Assembly: GCA_049643885.1 (NCBI GenBank)
Contig: JBARQV010000033.1
Location: 75,229 to 139,228, forward strand
Length of the DNA stretch: 64,000 bases
Reading direction: 5' to 3'
From: Candidatus Omnitrophota bacterium
Lineage (GTDB): Bacteria; Omnitrophota; Gorgyraeia; Tantalellales; Tantalellaceae
Shown here piece after piece: positions 29,462-40,399 of this stretch (positions within the stretch are counted from its first letter, which is position 1; each line of letters starts with the position of its first letter). The position numbers and the translations under genes are program-made. The notes beneath the pieces were generated by a model. The model saw only the letters and a list, made by a program, of their open reading frames with translations. It did not search any database and was not told the origin of the DNA.

Positions 29462-29511
29462 ATAGCAGATATTTAGAAGTAAAAATTTTAACTTATTAAT
29501 AGGAGGGTATC

Positions 29512-30579
29512 ATGCTGAAGAAAACTAAAAGCAAACCTGTCGCGAAGGCTGAATCCGGGGAAGAGGAAATAAAGAGTTTCGGGAAGAAAAAGGCACTGGA
29601 GATGGCCCTCAGCAAAATAGAAAAAGATTACGGTGAGGGCGCCATAATGAAGATGGGCAAGGGATACAAACAGGACGTGGAATCTATCTCAACCGGATCG
29701 ATCGCCCTGGACAGGGCACTGGGGACCAACGGGGTTCCCCGCGGCAGGGTCGTCGAGATATTCGGCCCCGAATCCAGCGGAAAGACTACTCTGACCCTGA
29801 GCATACTGGCCAATGCCCAAAAGGCCGGCGGTGAAGTCGCTTTCATAGACGCCGAGCACGCGTTTGACCCGTCATATGCCAAAAAGATCGGTGTGAACCT
29901 GGATGATCTTTTGATATCCCAGCCCGACAACGGGGAGCAGGGCCTGGAAATAGCTGAGACACTTGTTAGGAGCAACGCCGTGGCCGTGGTAGTCATAGAT
30001 TCAGTCGCGGCCCTTACTCCTAGAAAAGAGATCGAAGGCGAGATGGGTGATTCCCACGTGGGACTCCAGGCGCGCCTTATGAGCCAGGCCCTGAGGAAAC
30101 TGACCGGCGCGATAAGTAAATCCAAGACCTGCGTGATATTCATCAACCAGATCAGGATGAAGATAGGCGTGATGTTCGGCAATCCCGAGACCACAACGGG
30201 CGGAAACGCTTTGAAATTCTATTCTTCCGTAAGGATCGATCTCCGGCGGATCGCATCGCTCAAGAAGGATGTGAATGTCGTGGGAAGCCGTGTGAGGGCG
30301 AAAGTCGTCAAAAACAAAGTCGCGCCGCCATTTAAGCAGGCAGAGTTCGACATCATGTTCGACGAAGGCATTTCCCGCGCTTCAAGCGTCATCGACATGG
30401 GCGAAGAGATGGGCGTGATAAAGAAAAGCGGGACCTGGCTCGCTTTCGGCGAGGAGAAAATAGGTCAGGGCAAGGAAAACGCCCGCATTTATCTTAGGGA
30501 AAATCCTAAGCTCCTCAATAAGATCGAGAGCGAGGTCAAAAAGGTCCTGAAAACCGCGGACGCTAACGCATCCCTGTAA
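29512..30579 (+). CDS. recA: Recombinase RecA
   Basis: The translation carries [10 protein letters not shown] (Walker A), the FIDAEHA motif and the L2 loop region. Full length is 355 aa. Confidence 0.97.
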   Translation: MLKKTKSKPVAKAESGEEEIKSFGKKKALEMALSKIEKDYGEGAIMKMGKGYKQDVESISTGSIALDRALGTNGVPRGRVVEIFGPESSGKTTLTLSILANAQKAGGEVAFIDAEHAFDPSYAKKIGVNLDDLLISQPDNGEQGLEIAETLVRSNAVAVVVIDSVAALTPRKEIEGEMGDSHVGLQARLMSQALRKLTGAISKSKTCVIFINQIRMKIGVMFGNPETTTGGNALKFYSSVRIDLRRIASLKKDVNVVGSRVRAKVVKNKVAPPFKQAEFDIMFDEGISRASSVIDMGEEMGVIKKSGTWLAFGEEKIGQGKENARIYLRENPKLLNKIESEVKKVLKTADANASL

Positions 30580-30599
30580 GATCCGGTTAAGTCTAATCC

Positions 30600-31088
30600 A
30601 TGAATAGTTTCGACGGGGAGGTAAGGAGAGGGAAGACGTATTGCTTGCGCCTTCTTTCACTCCGGGCCAGGAGCGAAAAAGAGATAGACGACCGGCTTAA
30701 GGGCAAGGGATATGGAGAAGGGGCCAGAAAGTCGATACTCGATTCGTTAAGACAAGACGGCCTTGTAGATGATGAAAGTTTCGCTGGAGATTGGATCGAT
30801 TCCAGGCTAAGGACGAATCCCAGGAGTAGATCGGCGCTTAAAGCGGAATTAAAGAAAAAAGGTATCTCTGAAAGGATCATAGATAAAGTGTTGTCCGAAA
30901 AAAATAAAGAACTGGACGATATGAGCCTGGCCGGTGACATGGTCAGAATAATGATCGCCGAAACGGGACAGGGTCCGGTAAAAAACCTTAAGGGGAAGTT
31001 GTATCAGTATCTTCTCCGAAGGGGTTTTGACGGAGAAACGGCTTTAGAGGCGGTTAATAAGGAGCTTGGCGATGATGACAACGAGTGA
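30600..31088 (+). CDS. recX: RecA regulator RecX
   Basis: Its position directly after recA and the RecX-like helical repeats (CLRLLSLRARSEKEI..) support the call. Confidence 0.8.
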   Translation: MNSFDGEVRRGKTYCLRLLSLRARSEKEIDDRLKGKGYGEGARKSILDSLRQDGLVDDESFAGDWIDSRLRTNPRSRSALKAELKKKGISERIIDKVLSEKNKELDDMSLAGDMVRIMIAETGQGPVKNLKGKLYQYLLRRGFDGETALEAVNKELGDDDNE

Positions 31089-33813
31089 GATAAGGAAAAG
31101 GTTTCTTGATTTCTTCGAGAAGAACGGCCATGCCGTTGTCCCAAGCGACCTGCTTGTCCCCAGGAACGATCCCACATTGCTCTTCACCGGGGCGGGGATG
31201 AACCAGTTCAAAGATCAGTTCATGGGCAAGAACATCACTTTTACCCGGGCGGTTTCGTGCCAGAAATGCCTTAGGACCGGCGACCTGGAAAATGTCGGCA
31301 AGACGCCAAGGCATCACACTTTTTTTGAGATGCTCGGGAATTTCTCCTTCGGCGATTATTTCAAGAAAGAAGCTATACAGTGGGGATGGGAGTTCATGAC
31401 CAAAGAAATGGGACTTCCTGAAGAAAAGTTATGGGTCTCCATTTACGAGGACGACGATGAAGCCTATTCCATATGGCTGGACGATATAAAGGTGCCCGCG
31501 GAAAGAATAGTCAAGCTGGGGGCGCATGATAATTTCTGGCCCGCGGACGCCCCGACTAAGGGTCCCAATGGGCCCTGCGGTCCCAGCTCCGAGATATTTT
31601 ACGACTGGGGCGAAGGGACCGGGTGCGGAAAAAAGGAGTGTGATCCCGCGTGTGACTGCGGCAGGTTCGTGGAGGTCTGGAACCTTGTCTTTACACAGTT
31701 CGAGCGCAGGTCTGACGGTTCATTGCAGCCTCTTCCCAGCAAGAATATCGATACCGGCATGGGTCTGGAACGCATGGCGTCAGTCATGCAGGGAGCGAAG
31801 ACCAATTTTGATACGGACCTTTTTAGACCGATTATTACGTCAATAATGGATAACCTTGTCAGGCTAAGAGAAGATAAGATCTTTACTATAAATGAAAGCA
31901 TATTTGTTATCGCTGATCATATTCGTGCAGTTACTTTTGCTATTTGTGACGGCGTTTCGCCTTCTAATGAAAAGCAAGGGTATGTTATCAGGAAACTCAT
32001 AAGAAGGGCGTATTTAAAAGGCGGGCTAAAGGGGGCATTTTTGTATAAAGTTGTTCCTGCAATAGCAGGGTGTATGAAAGATGCTTATCCCGAATTGATG
32101 GAAAAAAGAGAACATATTGCAGCTATCATCAAGGAAGAGGAAGAAAGATTTCAGAATGCCCTGGATTCCGCGCTTCCTATTCTAAAAGATATGCTTGCAA
32201 AAAGACCCGAAAAACTTAGCGGAGAGCAGTTGTTTAAATTAGTAGATACATTCGGGCTTCCTATTGATGTTATTGAAGAAGAAGTGAATATTGCCCTGGA
32301 TATAGAAGGTTTTGAAAAACTGATGGAAGAAAGGAAGGAACAGTCGCGGAAGGGAAGCGAGATAACAAGTGAATTTATCTTTCAGCCGGATCTTTTTAAG
32401 GGAGCTCCGAAACCGGAATTTTCCGAAAAACTTCCGCTTGAGGCGACAATAGAATTCATCCTCAAGGACGGGAAAGGTTCAGACAGGATCAATGAAGGAG
32501 ACCGTGCCGAGGTCATAACTTCTCCCCAGAGTAGCAGGTTTTACGCCGAAGCCGGCGGACAGGTAGGCGATACCGGCCGGATCGAAAAAGAGGGTGGGGA
32601 GATGAAGGTTCTGAATACTTTTGAAACGGGCGGAAGGAAAGTGCTGGAAGTCTTCGTGAAAAAGGACACCTTTTCGGTAAACGACCGGGTGAACCTTTAT
32701 CTTGACGCGGACAAGAAACAGAATACGGCGCTCAATCATACCGCGACGCATCTACTGCAAGCGGCGCTGAGGAAGATATTGGGAGAACACGTCAAGCAAT
32801 CGGGTTCTCTTGTAAGCGAAAAGCGGCTGAGGTTCGATTTCACTCACATGAAGAAGATGTCAGACCGCGAGCTCCGCAAGGTGGAAGACCTTATTAACGA
32901 TTGGGTGAAAAACGGTATAGAGGTCTGCAAGGAAGTGAAACAGATAAAGGAGGCCCAGGAAGAGGGGGCTCTTTCCTTTTTCGGGGAAAAGTACGGAGAC
33001 ACGGTGCGGGTGGTAACGATAGGTGATGAGTCAAAAGAGCTTTGCGGGGGGACGCACGTCGACAATACCGCGGAGATAGGACTGGTGAAGATCATCAGTG
33101 AAAGTTCCGTTGCCAGCGGTATAAGGCGAATAGAGGCGGTAACGGGCGAGAACACCCGCAAGTGGATAAAGAAGACGCTGGAAGATCTTTTGAACAGGAG
33201 AAAGTTCCTGTGCAGCAACATCAAAGACGCGAAAGAAGCGGAAAGGCAGTGCCCCGGCCTTGCTGAAGCGGGCCAAGACGCGGAGAAAATAGTTTCAGGG
33301 AAGGTTAAAATAGACAGGGCAGTAATGGACGATTTTGAAAATAGATTAAAGCCGACACTGTTAAAGGCTTGTGAAGAAGCTGAAAAAGCGATAAAGAAAG
33401 GAAAGAAGAGCCGGGAAGCGGATATTTTGAACGAAGTCAAGGTAAGGCTGGATAATATTATCACGCGGGGTGAAAAGGTCGCGGATGTAATGGTAATAGA
33501 TGATATCTTACCGGGCGAGATAGGTATGGATATCCTCCGGAAAGCCGCAGGATACGCTGAAAAAAAAGTGCACCCGGCTATCGTTTTTCTTGGAAGCAGT
33601 AAAGACGGCAAGGCGTATTTAAATTGCGCCGTTACATCCGAACTGGTTAAAAGGGGGATCACCGCGCGGGAGATCATAAATAAAGTCGCGGGTAAAATAG
33701 GGGGCGGAGGCGGAGGTAAAGACACATTTGCCCAGGCCGGCGGGGATAATCCCGAAGGTTTACAGGAAGCACGTGAAATAATGAAAAAAATAATTGAGGA
33801 GAAAATAAAATGA
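31066..33813 (+). CDS. alaS: Alanine--tRNA ligase
   Basis: EIRKRFLDFFEKNGH, the WNLVFTQFERR class II motifs, the editing-domain HTATH...CGGTH and a C-terminal DHHA1 domain are present. It overlaps the recX end by 23 nt. Confidence 0.95.
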   Translation: MAMMTTSEIRKRFLDFFEKNGHAVVPSDLLVPRNDPTLLFTGAGMNQFKDQFMGKNITFTRAVSCQKCLRTGDLENVGKTPRHHTFFEMLGNFSFGDYFKKEAIQWGWEFMTKEMGLPEEKLWVSIYEDDDEAYSIWLDDIKVPAERIVKLGAHDNFWPADAPTKGPNGPCGPSSEIFYDWGEGTGCGKKECDPACDCGRFVEVWNLVFTQFERRSDGSLQPLPSKNIDTGMGLERMASVMQGAKTNFDTDLFRPIITSIMDNLVRLREDKIFTINESIFVIADHIRAVTFAICDGVSPSNEKQGYVIRKLIRRAYLKGGLKGAFLYKVVPAIAGCMKDAYPELMEKREHIAAIIKEEEERFQNALDSALPILKDMLAKRPEKLSGEQLFKLVDTFGLPIDVIEEEVNIALDIEGFEKLMEERKEQSRKGSEITSEFIFQPDLFKGAPKPEFSEKLPLEATIEFILKDGKGSDRINEGDRAEVITSPQSSRFYAEAGGQVGDTGRIEKEGGEMKVLNTFETGGRKVLEVFVKKDTFSVNDRVNLYLDADKKQNTALNHTATHLLQAALRKILGEHVKQSGSLVSEKRLRFDFTHMKKMSDRELRKVEDLINDWVKNGIEVCKEVKQIKEAQEEGALSFFGEKYGDTVRVVTIGDESKELCGGTHVDNTAEIGLVKIISESSVASGIRRIEAVTGENTRKWIKKTLEDLLNRRKFLCSNIKDAKEAERQCPGLAEAGQDAEKIVSGKVKIDRAVMDDFENRLKPTLLKACEEAEKAIKKGKKSREADILNEVKVRLDNIITRGEKVADVMVIDDILPGEIGMDILRKAAGYAEKKVHPAIVFLGSSKDGKAYLNCAVTSELVKRGITAREIINKVAGKIGGGGGGKDTFAQAGGDNPEGLQEAREIMKKIIEEKIK

Positions 33814-35033
33814 GACAGGTCAAAGTCGGAAGCGAGACGTTCAATAGTCTCGTAAACAGGCAGGACCAGGGCAAGACGCGGCTTGTAAAAAAAGTCGCTT
33901 CTATCATCGAGGACGTCCGGACCGAAGGGGACAACGCCCTGCTTAAATACACCAAAAGGTTTGATAGGGTAGCCATGACCCGGAAAGATCTCCGTGTCAC
34001 CGAGGGCGAGACGAGCGGCGCGTACCAGGACCTGAAACCGGAACTGGTCAATACCCTCAAGAAGATAATAAGGAACGTTGAAAAGTTTTACAGGAACCAG
34101 ACTCCCAAGTCGTGGCGCATGCGGATCGATTCAGGTATAGAACTCGGAGAGAAGTTCACCCCGATCGAAAAAGTAGGGATATACATCCCGAGCGGGACCG
34201 CTCCCCTGGCCTCGAGTGTTTACATGACCGTTCTTCCGGCAAGGTTCGCGGGCGTGAAAAAAATAGTCCTGGTATCTCCGCCTAACGAGTATAAAAGCAT
34301 AGACCCGCACATCCTTGTCGTGGCCAATCTATTGAAAGTCGATGAGATATATAAGGTCGGTGGAGCGCAGGCTATCGCCGCGCTGGCTTTCGGGACGAAG
34401 ACCATACCCCGGGTGGATAAGATCGTCGGGCCGGGTAATGAATACGTGACCGAGGCCAAGAGGCAGGTCTTCGGCTATTGTGATATAGACATGCTTGCGG
34501 GCCCGAGCGAGGTCCTGGTAATAGCAAACCGGCATGCCAACATCGAGTTCATCAAGAAAGACCTTCTGGCGCAGGCCGAGCACCACAAGGGCATGGCTAT
34601 TCTGGTCACCCCGTCGCGAAAGGTATTCAACGCCCTGCATAAGGATCCGGCGATCAAGGGGTATATCATCAAGGTCAAGAATCTCGATGAAGCCGCGAAT
34701 GTTTCCAATATGATCGCTCCCGAACACCTGCAGCTTATGGTCAAATCACCGGTCAGGCTGCTCAAGAAGATCACCAACGCCGGAGCGATATTTCTCGGGC
34801 AATACACGCCGGTCGCTGTCGGGGATTACGTGGCAGGGCCCAGTCACGTGCTGCCGACCGGAGGGACCGCGCGTTACTCTTCGGGCCTGAACCTAAGGGA
34901 CTTCGTGAAGAGTTCACATATCATCTCTTATTCCAGGAAGGCACTGGGAGGCTCCGCCTCGTGGGTCAAGGAACTCGCGGAGCTGGAAAGAATGGAGAAA
35001 CACTGGGATTCCGTAAAGGCCAGGTGTGAATAA
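33810..35033 (+). CDS. hisD: Histidinol dehydrogenase
   Basis: There is HisD-family similarity across 407 aa (GPGNEYVTEAKRQVFG, DFVKSSHII). The start overlaps the alaS stop (ATGA). Confidence 0.9.
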   Translation: MRQVKVGSETFNSLVNRQDQGKTRLVKKVASIIEDVRTEGDNALLKYTKRFDRVAMTRKDLRVTEGETSGAYQDLKPELVNTLKKIIRNVEKFYRNQTPKSWRMRIDSGIELGEKFTPIEKVGIYIPSGTAPLASSVYMTVLPARFAGVKKIVLVSPPNEYKSIDPHILVVANLLKVDEIYKVGGAQAIAALAFGTKTIPRVDKIVGPGNEYVTEAKRQVFGYCDIDMLAGPSEVLVIANRHANIEFIKKDLLAQAEHHKGMAILVTPSRKVFNALHKDPAIKGYIIKVKNLDEAANVSNMIAPEHLQLMVKSPVRLLKKITNAGAIFLGQYTPVAVGDYVAGPSHVLPTGGTARYSSGLNLRDFVKSSHIISYSRKALGGSASWVKELAELERMEKHWDSVKARCE

Positions 35034-35047
35034 GGACAGGAGGGATA

Positions 35048-35683
35048 ATGGGGATCTTTAAGAAAAAGAGCGAAAAGGACAGGACTATAAGTTACGAAAG
35101 AATAACCAAGGAGACGCAGATCGAGATACCGGAGCTGAATATCGACGGCAAGGGTAAGACGGATATTGCCACTCCCATAGGTTTTCTTACACACATGTTA
35201 ACGCTTTTTTCGTATCACGGTTATTTCGATCTTAAAATGAAAGCATCGGGAGATACCCATGTGGACAACCACCATCTTAATGAGGATGTTGGGATAGCCC
35301 TGGGAGAAGCTTTTAAAAAGGCCCTTGGGGATTGCAATGGATTGACCAGGATGGCGTCGGCGGAAATCCCCATGGACATGGCCAGTGCCAAGGTCCTGGT
35401 GGATATTTCCAACCGCCCCGCGTTCCGGTTCGTTGATAACAGGGGGAAGTATAAGGATGCTATTAAGGAAGAGGAAGGGTACTCTCTGGAACTTGCTAAG
35501 GATTTGTTGGAGAGCTTTGCCAAAAAACTTTGCATGAACCTTTACATCGAGATAACAGGCGAAGGAGATATGCACCACTATCTTGAGGCGACTTTTAAGG
35601 CATTGGGCGTGGCAATGGATAAAGCCACGCGTCTTGACCCGCGGCGCGACGGTGAGGTCCCGTCAAGCAAGGGCATATTGTAA
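35048..35683 (+). CDS. hisB: Imidazoleglycerol-phosphate dehydratase
   Basis: The IGPD motifs TKETQIEI..DGKG and HH..ED..IALG..F are present. Confidence 0.9.
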   Translation: MGIFKKKSEKDRTISYERITKETQIEIPELNIDGKGKTDIATPIGFLTHMLTLFSYHGYFDLKMKASGDTHVDNHHLNEDVGIALGEAFKKALGDCNGLTRMASAEIPMDMASAKVLVDISNRPAFRFVDNRGKYKDAIKEEEGYSLELAKDLLESFAKKLCMNLYIEITGEGDMHHYLEATFKALGVAMDKATRLDPRRDGEVPSSKGIL

Positions 35684-35719
35684 GAAAATGCCGGATAGCA
35701 TAACACAAAGAGCAAGAAG

Positions 35720-35797
35720 CATAGTGCAGTATGTTTCCGTACGGGGAGGATCCACACCGGGCGGAGGGGCCCTGGCAGGGAACATACTGCACTGTAT
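35720..35797 (+). repeat. GC-core hairpin repeat, copy B (family 1), intra-operonic between hisB and hisH
   Basis: catagtgcagtatgtttcc GTACGGGGAGGATCCACACCGGGCGGAGGGGCCCTGGCA gggaacatactgcactgtat. The wobble pair has moved relative to copy A (U-G at a different stem position), so pairing is kept. Confidence 0.85.
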
Positions 35798-35852
35798 AGT
35801 TTGCATCCAAGTCCAGCGCAGAGCAGTGAGTGGTGGACTGAAATGGTGATCT

Positions 35853-36461
35853 ATGATAGGCATTATTGATTACGGTTCAGGAAACCTGAGGAGCGTCTAC
35901 AACGCGTTCCGTTACCTGGGACAGGACGTGAAAATATGCGAGAACCCGGATGAGGTAAGGGCCTTTGACAAGATCGTCCTTCCCGGAGTTGGATCTTCCA
36001 GGGACGCCCTGGAAGGGCTGAAACAGCGGGACCTGGTAGGGCCTTTGATGGGTTCTATTGAAAAAGGTAAACCCTTCCTGGGAATATGCCTGGGGCTTCA
36101 GCTGCTTTTTACGCGCAGCGAGGAAAGCGGCGGATGCGACTGTCTGGGTGTGATCCGCGGCGAGGTTAAACTTTTCCCGCGGGGGGCGGGGCTGAAAGTC
36201 CCGCAGATAGGCTGGAACACGGTGAAGATGCGCGATCCGGGATGCCCGATCTTCAAGGGTTTGAAGGACGAGAGTTATTTTTACTTCGTTCATTCATATT
36301 ATTGCAGCAGCGAGGAGATGGAGTATACTGCCGGGGAGACCGAGTACGGGATATCGTATACCTCGGTCCTCTGGAAGGATAATATTTTCGCCATGCAGTT
36401 CCACCCGGAAAGGTCGCAGGCGAACGGGATGAAAATACTGGAGAATTTCGTCAGAATATGA
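35853..36461 (+). CDS. hisH: Imidazole glycerol phosphate synthase, glutaminase subunit
   Basis: It is a class I GATase with GICLGLQLL and FHPE. Confidence 0.9.
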   Translation: MIGIIDYGSGNLRSVYNAFRYLGQDVKICENPDEVRAFDKIVLPGVGSSRDALEGLKQRDLVGPLMGSIEKGKPFLGICLGLQLLFTRSEESGGCDCLGVIRGEVKLFPRGAGLKVPQIGWNTVKMRDPGCPIFKGLKDESYFYFVHSYYCSSEEMEYTAGETEYGISYTSVLWKDNIFAMQFHPERSQANGMKILENFVRI

Positions 36462-37198
36462 AGATCATACCCGCAGTCGATATCATCGGCGGTAAGACGG
36501 TAAGGCTTGAGCAGGGCAGGTACGACCGCAAATTAAGTTATGACATCTCCCCGGTAGAAGCGGCAAGGGGATGGGAAGCGGCCGGGGCCGAACTTATCCA
36601 CGCGGTGGATCTTGACGGGGCAAAAGAAGGGCGCCCCGTAAATCTTGACGTTGTAAAAGAGATCGTAAAAGCCGTGAACATACCTATCGAGGTAGGCGGC
36701 GGGTTCCGGAAGGAACTTGATATAAAGGCCGCCCTGGATCACGGTGTGTGGAGAGTGATCGTGGGGTCTAAGGCTTTCGAGGATATTGATTTCGCGAGGG
36801 ATTGCCTGGAAAATTTCAAGGACAGGGTGATCCTGAGCGTTGACGCCGCGGGCCTTAAGCTCAAGGTAAGAGGATGGGAAGAAGGTGTGGATGTCGACTT
36901 TTTTGAGATCCTCAAGAAGTTCGCATCCTTCGGAGCGGAAGAGATCATCTATACCGATATAAAAAAGGACGGCATGCTGTCAGGGCCGGACATACCGGGG
37001 CTTGAAAAGATATTGAACAGGACAGGAATGAATATCGTCTATGCCGGCGGCGTGAAAAATATAGACCACATAAAAGAACTGAAAAAACTCGAGCCGGAGG
37101 GACTGGCGGGCGTGATCATCGGACGGGCCCTCTATGAAGGAACGATCGATCTTAAGGAGGCGATAAATGTTGGCAAAGAGGATAATTCCATGTCTTGA
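36458..37198 (+). CDS. hisA: ProFAR isomerase
   Basis: [17 protein letters not shown] and the HisA/HisF TIM-barrel fold support the call. Confidence 0.9.
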   Translation: MKIIPAVDIIGGKTVRLEQGRYDRKLSYDISPVEAARGWEAAGAELIHAVDLDGAKEGRPVNLDVVKEIVKAVNIPIEVGGGFRKELDIKAALDHGVWRVIVGSKAFEDIDFARDCLENFKDRVILSVDAAGLKLKVRGWEEGVDVDFFEILKKFASFGAEEIIYTDIKKDGMLSGPDIPGLEKILNRTGMNIVYAGGVKNIDHIKELKKLEPEGLAGVIIGRALYEGTIDLKEAINVGKEDNSMS

Positions 37199-37925
37199 CG
37201 TGAAAGACGGGCGGGTGGTCAAAGGCGTAAACTTCGTCAATCTCCGCGACGCGGGTGATCCTGTCGATAACGCAAAAGTTTATAATGACGAAGGCGCAGA
37301 TGAGCTTGTGTTTCTTGATATAACCGCCAGTTACGAGGCCCGGAAGACCATGGTAGATGTCGTGAGCCGGGTCGCCGAAAAGGTCTTCATGCCTTTCACC
37401 GTCGGCGGCGGCATCTCTACGAATGAGGATATAAGGAACCTGCTGAATGCCGGCTGTGACAAGGTATCCATTAACACTGCCGCGGTCAACAGGCCCTCTT
37501 TTGTAAGGGAAGCCAGTGAACGTTTCGGGACACAGTGTATCGTTGTTGCCATTGACGCCAGGAAAAAGCCGGACGGGTCTTGGGATGTATTTGTCAAAGG
37601 CGGGCGGGATGCTACAGGTAAAGATGCCGTTGAATGGGCCAGGGAAGTTGAGAAGCTTGGCGCCGGGGAGATCCTCCTGACCAGCATGGACCGCGACGGG
37701 ACCAAGGACGGATATGACATAGAACTGACCCGTGCGATATCAGAAGCGGTGAACATACCCGTTATCGCTTCCGGCGGATGCGGCAGCCTGGAGCATTTCG
37801 GGGAAGTTTTCAGTAAGACCGGGGCTGACGCCGCGCTGGCGGCTTCGGTTTTCCATTTCAGGGAATTTTCCATAGCGGATGTAAAAAAATATTTGAAGAA
37901 AAACGGAGTGATAGTAAGGGAGTAA
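37167..37925 (+). CDS. hisF: Imidazole glycerol phosphate synthase, cyclase subunit
   Basis: [20 protein letters not shown] is the HisF N-terminus. The gene overlaps hisA by 32 nt. Confidence 0.93.
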   Translation: MLAKRIIPCLDVKDGRVVKGVNFVNLRDAGDPVDNAKVYNDEGADELVFLDITASYEARKTMVDVVSRVAEKVFMPFTVGGGISTNEDIRNLLNAGCDKVSINTAAVNRPSFVREASERFGTQCIVVAIDARKKPDGSWDVFVKGGRDATGKDAVEWAREVEKLGAGEILLTSMDRDGTKDGYDIELTRAISEAVNIPVIASGGCGSLEHFGEVFSKTGADAALAASVFHFREFSIADVKKYLKKNGVIVRE

Positions 37926-37927
37926 GC

Positions 37928-38308
37928 ATGAGTCTTATAGACAAATTGAATTTTAGCGACAAGGGACTGATCCCGGCGGTGATCCAGGACGCAAGATCTT
38001 CGAAAGTCCTGACTCTTTGTTACATGGATAAAGAGGCGCTGGAAAAGACGCTTGAGGAGAAAAAGATCTATGTTTTCCGCAGGTCAAAGGGCCGGATCAT
38101 GCTTAAAGGCGAGACTTCCGGTTGCGTACAGCATGTTAAGGAGGTTTTTGTGGATTGCGCGGGAAACTCGCTTCTTTTCAAGGTGGACCAGGACAGGGCG
38201 GCCTGCCACAAGGGGTATTTTACCTGTTATTTCCAAAGAGTGAACGAAGAAGGGCATTTCGTCATAGAGGAAGAACGTATATTCGATCCAAAAGATGTGT
38301 ATAAATAA
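37928..38308 (+). CDS. hisI: Phosphoribosyl-AMP cyclohydrolase (HisI domain only, no HisE fusion)
   Basis: It is 126 aa with [34 protein letters not shown]. Confidence 0.85.
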   Translation: MSLIDKLNFSDKGLIPAVIQDARSSKVLTLCYMDKEALEKTLEEKKIYVFRRSKGRIMLKGETSGCVQHVKEVFVDCAGNSLLFKVDQDRAACHKGYFTCYFQRVNEEGHFVIEEERIFDPKDVYK

Positions 38309-38322
38309 CAAACTACAAAATC

Positions 38323-39804
38323 ATGTATTATCCGAGTAAAGAAGAATTCATAGAACTGGCGAAAAAGGGGAACGTCATCCCGGTTTACCGGGAGCTCCTG
38401 GCGGATTTTGCTACACCCCTGTCGGCTTTCCAGAAGATAGACGAGGAGAGGTTCTCTTATCTCCTGGAATCAGTGGAAGGCGGGGAACACATGGCCAGGT
38501 ATTCTTTTCTGGGAAGCAACCCGTACCTGGTCATCAAAAGCAAAGGCGATGAGATCACTTTTACCAGGGGTAAAAAGGTCGACACTTACAAGGTCAAGGA
38601 AGATCCTATCAGCGAGATAAGGTCTTTCATGCAGAAATTCACCTTCGTCAAGGTCAAGGGGCTGCCCAGGTTCTGTGGAGGGCTTGTCGGGTATATCGGC
38701 TATGACATGATCCGGTTTATCGAGGAAATACCTGACGAAAATTCCGACGACTTGAATGTCCCGGACATGGAACTCGTCCTTACGGATACCATCCTTATCT
38801 TCGACCATGTCGACCACAAGATCAAGGTGGTTTCAAATTCCTTGGTTGAAAAAGACGATCCGGGTGAATGTTACGACAAGGCCTGCGGAAAGATAGACAG
38901 GATAATAGAAAGGCTTAAAGGCCCCCTGGGGGAACCGGAAGCGCCAGGGGCAAAACAGTCATCGCCTGAGATCGGATCGAATTTTACGGAAAAAGAATTC
39001 CACGGTATCGTGGAAAGAGCTAAGGAACACATCCGCGCGGGTGATATCATACAGGTCGTTCTTTCTCAAAGGTTAAAAAGAAAGATAGATGTCGAACCTT
39101 TTACTATATACAGGGCGCTCAGGTCCATAAACCCGTCACCTTACATGTTCTATCTCAACTTCGGTAAATATAAACTGGTCGGGTCTTCACCGGAGATCCT
39201 TGTGAGGTGCGAAGATAGCGTCGTGGAGGTAAGGCCTATCGCGGGAACACGGAGGAGAGGGAGGACGGAGGAAGAAGACCAGACCATGGAACAAGAGCTT
39301 CTTGCCGATCCCAAAGAAAGGGCCGAGCACATAATGCTTGTCGACCTTGGACGGAACGATATAGGAAGGGTCTGCGAATATTCCAGCGTCCAGCCTCGCG
39401 AGGTGATGCGGGTAGAAAGATATTCCCATGTGATGCATATTGTCAGTGACGTTGTCGGGAAGCTCAGAAAAAATAAAGACATTTATGACCTGATAAAAGC
39501 GACTTTTCCGGCAGGGACAGTAACGGGGGCCCCCAAGGTCAAGGCGATGGAGCTTATCGAGAAATTCGAAAATACAAAGCGCGGTCCTTACGCGGGGTGC
39601 GTGGGATATATAAGTTTCTCGGGCAACACGGACATGTGCATCACCATCAGGACAATAATGATATCAGGAGACACGGCCTATATCCAGGCCGGCGCCGGTA
39701 TAGTCCTGGACTCAATACCCGAACTTGAATACAAGGAGACGATGAACAAAGCTAAAGCCATGATAAAAGCCATTGAATTCGCGGAGAAAGGTCTGGAAGA
39801 ATGA
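38323..39804 (+). CDS. trpE: Anthranilate synthase component I
   Basis: The translation matches the TrpE chorismate-binding family (LLESVEGG, GYIGYDM, PKVKAMELIE). Confidence 0.93.
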   Translation: MYYPSKEEFIELAKKGNVIPVYRELLADFATPLSAFQKIDEERFSYLLESVEGGEHMARYSFLGSNPYLVIKSKGDEITFTRGKKVDTYKVKEDPISEIRSFMQKFTFVKVKGLPRFCGGLVGYIGYDMIRFIEEIPDENSDDLNVPDMELVLTDTILIFDHVDHKIKVVSNSLVEKDDPGECYDKACGKIDRIIERLKGPLGEPEAPGAKQSSPEIGSNFTEKEFHGIVERAKEHIRAGDIIQVVLSQRLKRKIDVEPFTIYRALRSINPSPYMFYLNFGKYKLVGSSPEILVRCEDSVVEVRPIAGTRRRGRTEEEDQTMEQELLADPKERAEHIMLVDLGRNDIGRVCEYSSVQPREVMRVERYSHVMHIVSDVVGKLRKNKDIYDLIKATFPAGTVTGAPKVKAMELIEKFENTKRGPYAGCVGYISFSGNTDMCITIRTIMISGDTAYIQAGAGIVLDSIPELEYKETMNKAKAMIKAIEFAEKGLEE

Positions 39805-40370
39805 TCCTGGTCATAGATAATTACGACTCTTTTACCTATAACCTGGTCCAGTATCTGGGTGAACTGGGGGCGGATGTCGTTGTCCACCGTAATGACAAGG
39901 TCACCGTCCAGGAGATACGATCCCTTTCCCCCAAAAGCATAATCATTTCGCCGGGACCGGGGAGGCCGGATGACGCGGGGATATCCAAGGAAGTGGTCCG
40001 TGCTTTTACCGGGAAGGTCCCTATCCTTGGCGTATGCCTCGGCCACCAGTGTATAGCCGAGGCCTATGGCGCGGAAATCGTAAGAGGCAGCCGTATCATG
40101 CACGGCAAGGTCAGTGAGATCTATCATGAAGGCGAGGGCATTTTCAAGGATATCCCTTCGCCGTTTATCGCGACAAGGTATCATTCTCTTGTCGTAAAGG
40201 AAGGCACGCTGAAAGACCCGCTTAAACTTGTCGCCTGGACCAAGGACGAAACGGTGATGGGGCTGCGCCACAAGAGTGAAGAGGTCTGGGGCGTCCAGTT
40301 CCACCCCGAATCTATATTGACGAAAGAAGGGAAGAATTTGTTAAGGAACTTCTTAGAGCTCGCAAAGTAG
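39801..40370 (+). CDS. trpG: Anthranilate synthase component II (glutamine amidotransferase)
   Basis: MILVIDNYDSFTYNLVQYL, GVCLGHQ and the HPES triad residues are present. Confidence 0.93.
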   Translation: MILVIDNYDSFTYNLVQYLGELGADVVVHRNDKVTVQEIRSLSPKSIIISPGPGRPDDAGISKEVVRAFTGKVPILGVCLGHQCIAEAYGAEIVRGSRIMHGKVSEIYHEGEGIFKDIPSPFIATRYHSLVVKEGTLKDPLKLVAWTKDETVMGLRHKSEEVWGVQFHPESILTKEGKNLLRNFLELAK

Positions 40371-40399
40371 TAGTTTGTAGTTTGACGATGGAGTGTGTT

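Noticed and set aside
29323-29511. SOS (LexA) box upstream of recA
   Set aside because: I found no convincing match to the CTGT-N8-ACAG or Cheo-box CGAAC-N4-GTTCG consensus. Only a short TATGCTAG direct repeat was seen, so no LexA site is called.
31526-31846. Alternative-frame plus-strand ORFs inside alaS, rpe and others, e.g. 31526-31846 and 47890-48075
   Set aside because: They are nested in other frames of well-supported genes and are Pro/Arg-rich out-of-frame translations.
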